DNA from: a virus
Direction: 5' to 3' (one strand)
Virus record (IMG/VR): IMGVR_UViG_3300004369_000012
Location: 5,164-69,163 of that record
DNA: 64,000 nucleotides
The notes under the pieces were generated by a model, which was not told where the DNA came from, ran no database searches, and worked only from the letters and a program-made list of their open reading frames with translations. Shown one piece after another: positions 59,685 to 64,000 of the stretch (position 1 is the stretch's first letter; every line of letters starts with the position of its first letter). The position numbers and the translations under genes are program-made.

Positions 59685-60131
59685 ATGTTTACCGACGCAA
59701 ATGTTTTCACACTCAGTGTGCCCGAAACCAAACGCTATCTGAGAGACATTCAGAGAAATAGTATTGGAATGGATGAATGGTTTAGAAGGTTTGAGACAGC
59801 ACACGAATCTCAAACAAATTATCCTCCCTTCAACCTTGTTAAAGAAACTGCAACTAAGTTTAGACTAGAGATTGCTCTAGCAGGTTATGGTAAGGAAGAC
59901 ATTGAAGTTTCTACGGAATGGAACAAACTTCATATAGAATCCAAGAAAGTAGAAGAAAGCGAAGTAGAGTATGTACATCGTGGTGTAGCAAAGCGTGCTT
60001 TCAGTCGCAGTTGGACACTATCTGATGATGTGGTTGTTGGAGCAGTTTCATTTGAGAATGGAATGCTTACAATTGAACTAAATCGAGTTATACCAGAACA
60101 TCAAATGCGTAAAGTATACGAAATTGCATAA
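59685..60131 (+). CDS. hsp20: Small heat-shock protein Hsp20
   Basis: NSIGMDEWF, NYPPFNL, LEIALAG, YVHRGVAKR.F.R.WTLSDD, FENGML.I; start moved to 59685 (GAGGT RBS). Confidence 0.93.
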   Translation: MFTDANVFTLSVPETKRYLRDIQRNSIGMDEWFRRFETAHESQTNYPPFNLVKETATKFRLEIALAGYGKEDIEVSTEWNKLHIESKKVEESEVEYVHRGVAKRAFSRSWTLSDDVVVGAVSFENGMLTIELNRVIPEHQMRKVYEIA

Positions 60132-60134
60132 ATA
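60129..60134 (+). promoter_or_regulatory. Late promoter (ATAAATA) for the nucleotidyltransferase ORF
   Basis: Overlaps the hsp20 stop codon, as several other late promoters here overlap stops. Confidence 0.55.
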
Positions 60135-60137
60135 TAG

Positions 60138-60166
60138 AAGGAGTGAGTATATACTCTCTCCTTTTT
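60138..60166 (+). terminator. Hairpin / terminator after hsp20
   Basis: AAGGAG-T-GAGTA..TACTC-T-CTCCTT followed by Ts. Confidence 0.65.
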
Positions 60167-60170
60167 CTGT

Positions 60171-60899
60171 ATGAAGCACATGAAGAATCTTCAAAAATTC
60201 TTAGAGCAATCGGTATCTCATTTTTATCAACCTGATCTAAATGAGACATTTTGGCATGAGAAAAAATTGAAGTCTATTGTGAGACTTCAACTTCTAAGAA
60301 TTGCTGATGCCTTCATTGACTTCACTGAGATAAGTCCAGAGGCGGTAGTGGACGTAATTTTAGTAGGCGGCAACGCAGGATATAACTATACCAGTAATTC
60401 AGATCTTGATCTGCACATTGTTGTAGATACTGATAGAATACCAGATTGCGATGAAAGTATAATTTCCGATTATTTTAAAGATAAAAAACACCTCTGGACT
60501 TTAACTCATAATATTACAATTTACGGAACACCCGTAGAACCTTATATTGAAACTCCTGGTACTCCTAGAAAGAAATATCAGGGTGTATATTCTGTGATGA
60601 AAAATCAATGGATTCAAGAACCAACCACTCCAACGGGTGAGATTGATTCTGAAGCAGTAGATAAGAAGGTAAAGGATTACATCCATCGTATTGAAAATGT
60701 CTTGCAGACCACTAACGATGAGAATGTAATTAAAGAATTAATTAAAAAACTGGGTCGTTACCGTGAGTCTGGTCTCCAAAGGGGCGGAGAATACGGCATC
60801 GAAAACCTTGTATTTAAGAGACTGCGAGCAGGCGGGTATATTGACAAACTCAGGCAGTATGTGGTACACTTAAAGGACAAGAACCTATCCTTGTTATGA
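60171..60899 (+). CDS. Pol-beta superfamily nucleotidyltransferase (242 aa; alternative start 60180)
   Basis: hhhGG-N-x8-SDLDLHIVVD motif, third acidic residue in PVEPY, helical C-terminal domain. Confidence 0.75.
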   Translation: MKHMKNLQKFLEQSVSHFYQPDLNETFWHEKKLKSIVRLQLLRIADAFIDFTEISPEAVVDVILVGGNAGYNYTSNSDLDLHIVVDTDRIPDCDESIISDYFKDKKHLWTLTHNITIYGTPVEPYIETPGTPRKKYQGVYSVMKNQWIQEPTTPTGEIDSEAVDKKVKDYIHRIENVLQTTNDENVIKELIKKLGRYRESGLQRGGEYGIENLVFKRLRAGGYIDKLRQYVVHLKDKNLSLL

Positions 60900-61159
60900 T
60901 CAAAATTTTGATGTTGAAGTTGGGAATCGTTTTGGTTGCCAGTATTGAAGATATTGGTTCTGAACTTGGTGAACCTGATTGCAAACTAACGAATCCGTTT
61001 ACCTTGACGCAGAACGTAGACGGCAAGTGGAATGTACTGCAACCGTGGCCTGAATTTACTAGTCAGAGAACCGCAGTAATTCACTCCGACAGCATCTTGA
61101 CTATTGTCGAACCGACCAAAGAACTGATCCAGAAATTCCAAGAACTGACTGCTGAATGA
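60896..61159 (+). CDS. Conserved Sm-like small protein (87 aa)
   Basis: IKILML, ELGEPDCKL.NPF, PW, SDSILTIVEP; usual position upstream of g43. Confidence 0.75.
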   Translation: MIKILMLKLGIVLVASIEDIGSELGEPDCKLTNPFTLTQNVDGKWNVLQPWPEFTSQRTAVIHSDSILTIVEPTKELIQKFQELTAE

Positions 61160-63648
61160 AGTTTTACACCAACGTTCAAATGGTTGGTAATCAGTTTCTT
61201 GTTCGTGGTTACGACGATGGTCGTCACTTCATGGTGCGAGAAAAATACCAACCAACTCTTTTTGTACCGTCCAAAAAAGAGACATACTACAAGACTCTGG
61301 AAGGTAACTACGTTGAACCCATCAAACCTGGTGGGGTAAAGGACTGTAGAAACTTCATGCAGCAGTATGCAGAGGTTGAGAACTTTCCCATCTATGGGAA
61401 TGAAAAGTTCATCTACCAGTATATCTCGGACAATTACACCGAAGATGAGATTAAGTTTGACATCAACAAAATCAAACTGGTTACGATTGACATTGAGGTA
61501 GAATCCGAGTATGGATTTCCTGATGTGCATTCTGCAGCAGAAGAGATTCTGTTGATTACGCTACAGGATTACACCACCAAGGAGATCATCACTTGGGGTA
61601 AGGGTCCATATAAGATTAAAAAAGAGAACCACTTCTATAAGGAATTTAACAACGAGTATGATCTCCTGAATGATTTCATCAACTGGTGGATGATTGAGGA
61701 GAATACTCCCGAAGTTATTACTGGTTGGAATAGCAACCTGTACGATATTCCTTATGTTGTTCGTCGCCTAGAGAGGGTTCTGGGTGAGAAGTTGATGAAG
61801 CGCATATCTCCATGGGGACTAGTGACCGAAGATAAAGTCACTATCATGGGGCGCGAGCACATTACTTATGACATCGGTGGTGTAACTTCTCTTGACTATC
61901 TTGACCTGTATAAAAAATTCACCTATACTAACCAAGAGAGTTATCGTCTAGACCACATCGCTTTTGTGGAACTTGATCAGAGAAAACTAGATCACTCTGA
62001 GTTTGATACCTTTAAAGACTTTTACCGCAATGGTTGGGAGAAGTTTGTAGATTACAACATCGTTGACGTTGAGATTGTTGACCGTCTGGAAGACAAGATG
62101 AAACTCATCGAACTTGCAATCACGCTTGCATATGATGCCAAGGTGAACTTTGGGGATGTATTTTCTCAAGTTCGCATGTGGGATACTATCATTTATAACT
62201 ATCTGAAAAAGAGAAACATCGTTATTCCTCCTAAGGTTACCTCTACTAAAGATGAAAAATATGCGGGAGCATACGTCAAGGAACCGATTCCTGGAAAGTA
62301 TGATTGGGTTGTTAATTTTGACCTTAACAGTCTCTATCCTCACCTCATTATGCAGTACAATATCTCACCAGAGACACTGCAGGAAAACAGATACCCAAAT
62401 GCGAGTGTTGATCGAATCCTTAAAAAAGAACTTGAGATAGATTCTGAGTTTGCTGTGTGTGCCAACGGTGCAATGTACAGTAAAAATAAGCGTGGATTTT
62501 TGCCAGAACTCATGGACAAAATCTACAGTGATCGTGTGATCTACAAAAACAAGATGCTTGAGGCAAAGCAGAAGTATGAAGACAATCCATCAGAGGATCT
62601 GAAGAAGGAGATTTCTCGGTGCAATAACATGCAGATGGCGAGAAAGATTCAACTAAACTCTGCTTATGGCGCTATTGGTAATCAGTATTTTAGATACTAC
62701 AAGTTGGCAAACGCCGAAGCAATCACTTTGTCTGGTCAAGTTTCGATCCGTTGGATTGAAAACAAAATCAACGAGTATCTAAATAAGTTGCTCAAGACTG
62801 ATGATGATTATGTTATTGCTGTTGACACTGACTCTGTTTATCTTAACATGGGTCCTTTGGTTGACCGTGTATACGAAAAGCGAGAGAAAACTAATGAGAG
62901 CATCATTGGTTTCCTTGACAAGGTGTGTCAAGTGGAACTTGAAAAATATATTGATCGTTGCTACGAAGAATTGGCATCATACCTAAACGCCTATGAACAG
63001 AAGATGTTCATGAAGCGTGAAAACATTGCTGACCGTGGCATTTGGACTGGCAAGAAGCGATACATCCTTAATGTTTGGAACAGTGAGGGTGTTGCTTATA
63101 AAACGCCCAAACTAAAGATGATGGGTATTGAGGCAGTCAAGTCCTCGACACCAGCAGTTTGTCGTGCTAAAATTAAGGAAGGTATCAAAATCATTCTCAC
63201 CCAAACTGAGGATGACATTATTGCCTTCATCGATCAATGGCGGAAGGACTTTAAAAAACTTGGTCCAGAAGAAATTTCGTTTCCCCGTAGTGTTAGCAAC
63301 GTAGACAAGTACAAATCAAGAGAAACTATCTACGCTAAAGGTACGCCGATTCACTCTAGAGGATCTGTGCTCTATAACCACTACATTAAAGAACGAAAGA
63401 TTGACCATAAATATCCCGTCATACAGAACGGGGAAAAGATCAAGTTCTGTTATCTCAAGAAACCCAATCCCATCGGGGAGAACGTCATCTCCTTCATTTC
63501 GGAGTTTCCTGTAGAGTTAGGACTGAATGATTACATTGATTATGATTTGCAGTTTGACAAATCATTTTTGGAACCTCTAAAGATCATCCTAGAGTCTATT
63601 GGGTGGTCACACAAAAAAACAATTACCTTGGAGTCATTTTTTATCTGA
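61156..63648 (+). CDS. g43: DNA polymerase gp43 (family B)
   Basis: Exo DIE, DLNSLYP, KIQLNSAYG, DTDS, KKRY, GIEAVKSSTP. Confidence 0.98.
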   Translation: MKFYTNVQMVGNQFLVRGYDDGRHFMVREKYQPTLFVPSKKETYYKTLEGNYVEPIKPGGVKDCRNFMQQYAEVENFPIYGNEKFIYQYISDNYTEDEIKFDINKIKLVTIDIEVESEYGFPDVHSAAEEILLITLQDYTTKEIITWGKGPYKIKKENHFYKEFNNEYDLLNDFINWWMIEENTPEVITGWNSNLYDIPYVVRRLERVLGEKLMKRISPWGLVTEDKVTIMGREHITYDIGGVTSLDYLDLYKKFTYTNQESYRLDHIAFVELDQRKLDHSEFDTFKDFYRNGWEKFVDYNIVDVEIVDRLEDKMKLIELAITLAYDAKVNFGDVFSQVRMWDTIIYNYLKKRNIVIPPKVTSTKDEKYAGAYVKEPIPGKYDWVVNFDLNSLYPHLIMQYNISPETLQENRYPNASVDRILKKELEIDSEFAVCANGAMYSKNKRGFLPELMDKIYSDRVIYKNKMLEAKQKYEDNPSEDLKKEISRCNNMQMARKIQLNSAYGAIGNQYFRYYKLANAEAITLSGQVSIRWIENKINEYLNKLLKTDDDYVIAVDTDSVYLNMGPLVDRVYEKREKTNESIIGFLDKVCQVELEKYIDRCYEELASYLNAYEQKMFMKRENIADRGIWTGKKRYILNVWNSEGVAYKTPKLKMMGIEAVKSSTPAVCRAKIKEGIKIILTQTEDDIIAFIDQWRKDFKKLGPEEISFPRSVSNVDKYKSRETIYAKGTPIHSRGSVLYNHYIKERKIDHKYPVIQNGEKIKFCYLKKPNPIGENVISFISEFPVELGLNDYIDYDLQFDKSFLEPLKIILESIGWSHKKTITLESFFI

Positions 63649-63812
63649 TGGATCTGCCTATTAACGATAACGAACTTAATACCATTCTGAAAGCAATGGC
63701 TCTTGGTGGGAATACTGCTTTGTATCAAAAACTTAAACTTGTAAAGGAACTGCGAGAGCAGGACCTGCCTTATAAAAAAATTCTTCGTGAACAATACGGG
63801 ATGGTTGCCTAA
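63648..63812 (+). CDS. Small hypothetical protein (54 aa)
   Basis: [54 protein letters not shown]; TGATG and TAATG coupling. Confidence 0.7.
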   Translation: MDLPINDNELNTILKAMALGGNTALYQKLKLVKELREQDLPYKKILREQYGMVA

Positions 63813-64000
63813 TGGACTTTCTGAAAGAAATTGTAAAAGAAATTGGTGATGAGTACACCCAACTCGCAGCAGATATTGACGAGACTGAGACATTTGTCGA
63901 TACAGGTTCGTACATTTTTAATGCACTGGTTTCAGGTAGCATATTTGGTGGTGTATCTGGGAATAAGATTACTGCTATTGCTGGAGAGTCTTCTACTGGA
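63812..64000 (+). CDS. uvsX: RecA-like recombinase UvsX, N-terminus (runs off window)
   Basis: [12 protein letters not shown]...[16 protein letters not shown]...[13 protein letters not shown] (start of Walker A). Confidence 0.92.
   Translation, partial: MDFLKEIVKEIGDEYTQLAADIDETETFVDTGSYIFNALVSGSIFGGVSGNKITAIAGESSTG

Noticed and set aside
61156-63648. Intein, intron or split in g43 (also checked g17, uvsW, g46)
   Set aside because: Normal lengths, continuous ORFs, no intein or homing endonuclease motifs.
1-64000. Stop-codon recoding or tRNA genes
   Set aside because: Core genes are full length under the standard code with TAA, TAG and TGA all used as stops; no tRNA cloverleaf noticed in the short intergenic gaps.

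Overview
A 64-kb segment of a T4-like cyanomyovirus (cyanophage) genome. All genes I can support are on the + strand. Order: baseplate (gp6 end, giant gp7, gp8, large VrlC/DUF4815-type structural proteins), two fibre genes, neck/tail/terminase/head module (gp13-gp23, gp3), uvsY, uvsW, late sigma gp55, gp47/gp46, a photosynthesis auxiliary cluster (hli, petF, second hli), then gp45, speD, gp44, gp62, regA, hsp20, gp43 and the start of uvsX. TAAATA late promoters, sigma70-like promoters and intrinsic terminators are visible. Best leads: (1) a 642-aa ORF between gp16 and gp17 built from about ten basic mini-modules separated by gp21-protease-like [ILVM]-x-E sites, a candidate packaged polyprotein; (2) a 2OG-oxygenase / PD-(D/E)XK nuclease / DUF4338(DruA)-like cassette between gp44 and gp62 with no methylase, a candidate non-canonical modification-restriction system; (3) a near-consensus antisense sigma70 promoter upstream of gp55 firing into a hairpin array, a candidate R-loop origin or antisense RNA; (4) a late-promoter Pol-beta nucleotidyltransferase with a capsid-targeting-like N-terminus; (5) an NblA-like 60-aa protein among structural genes. 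All assignments come from motif and synteny recognition by eye; no searches were run.
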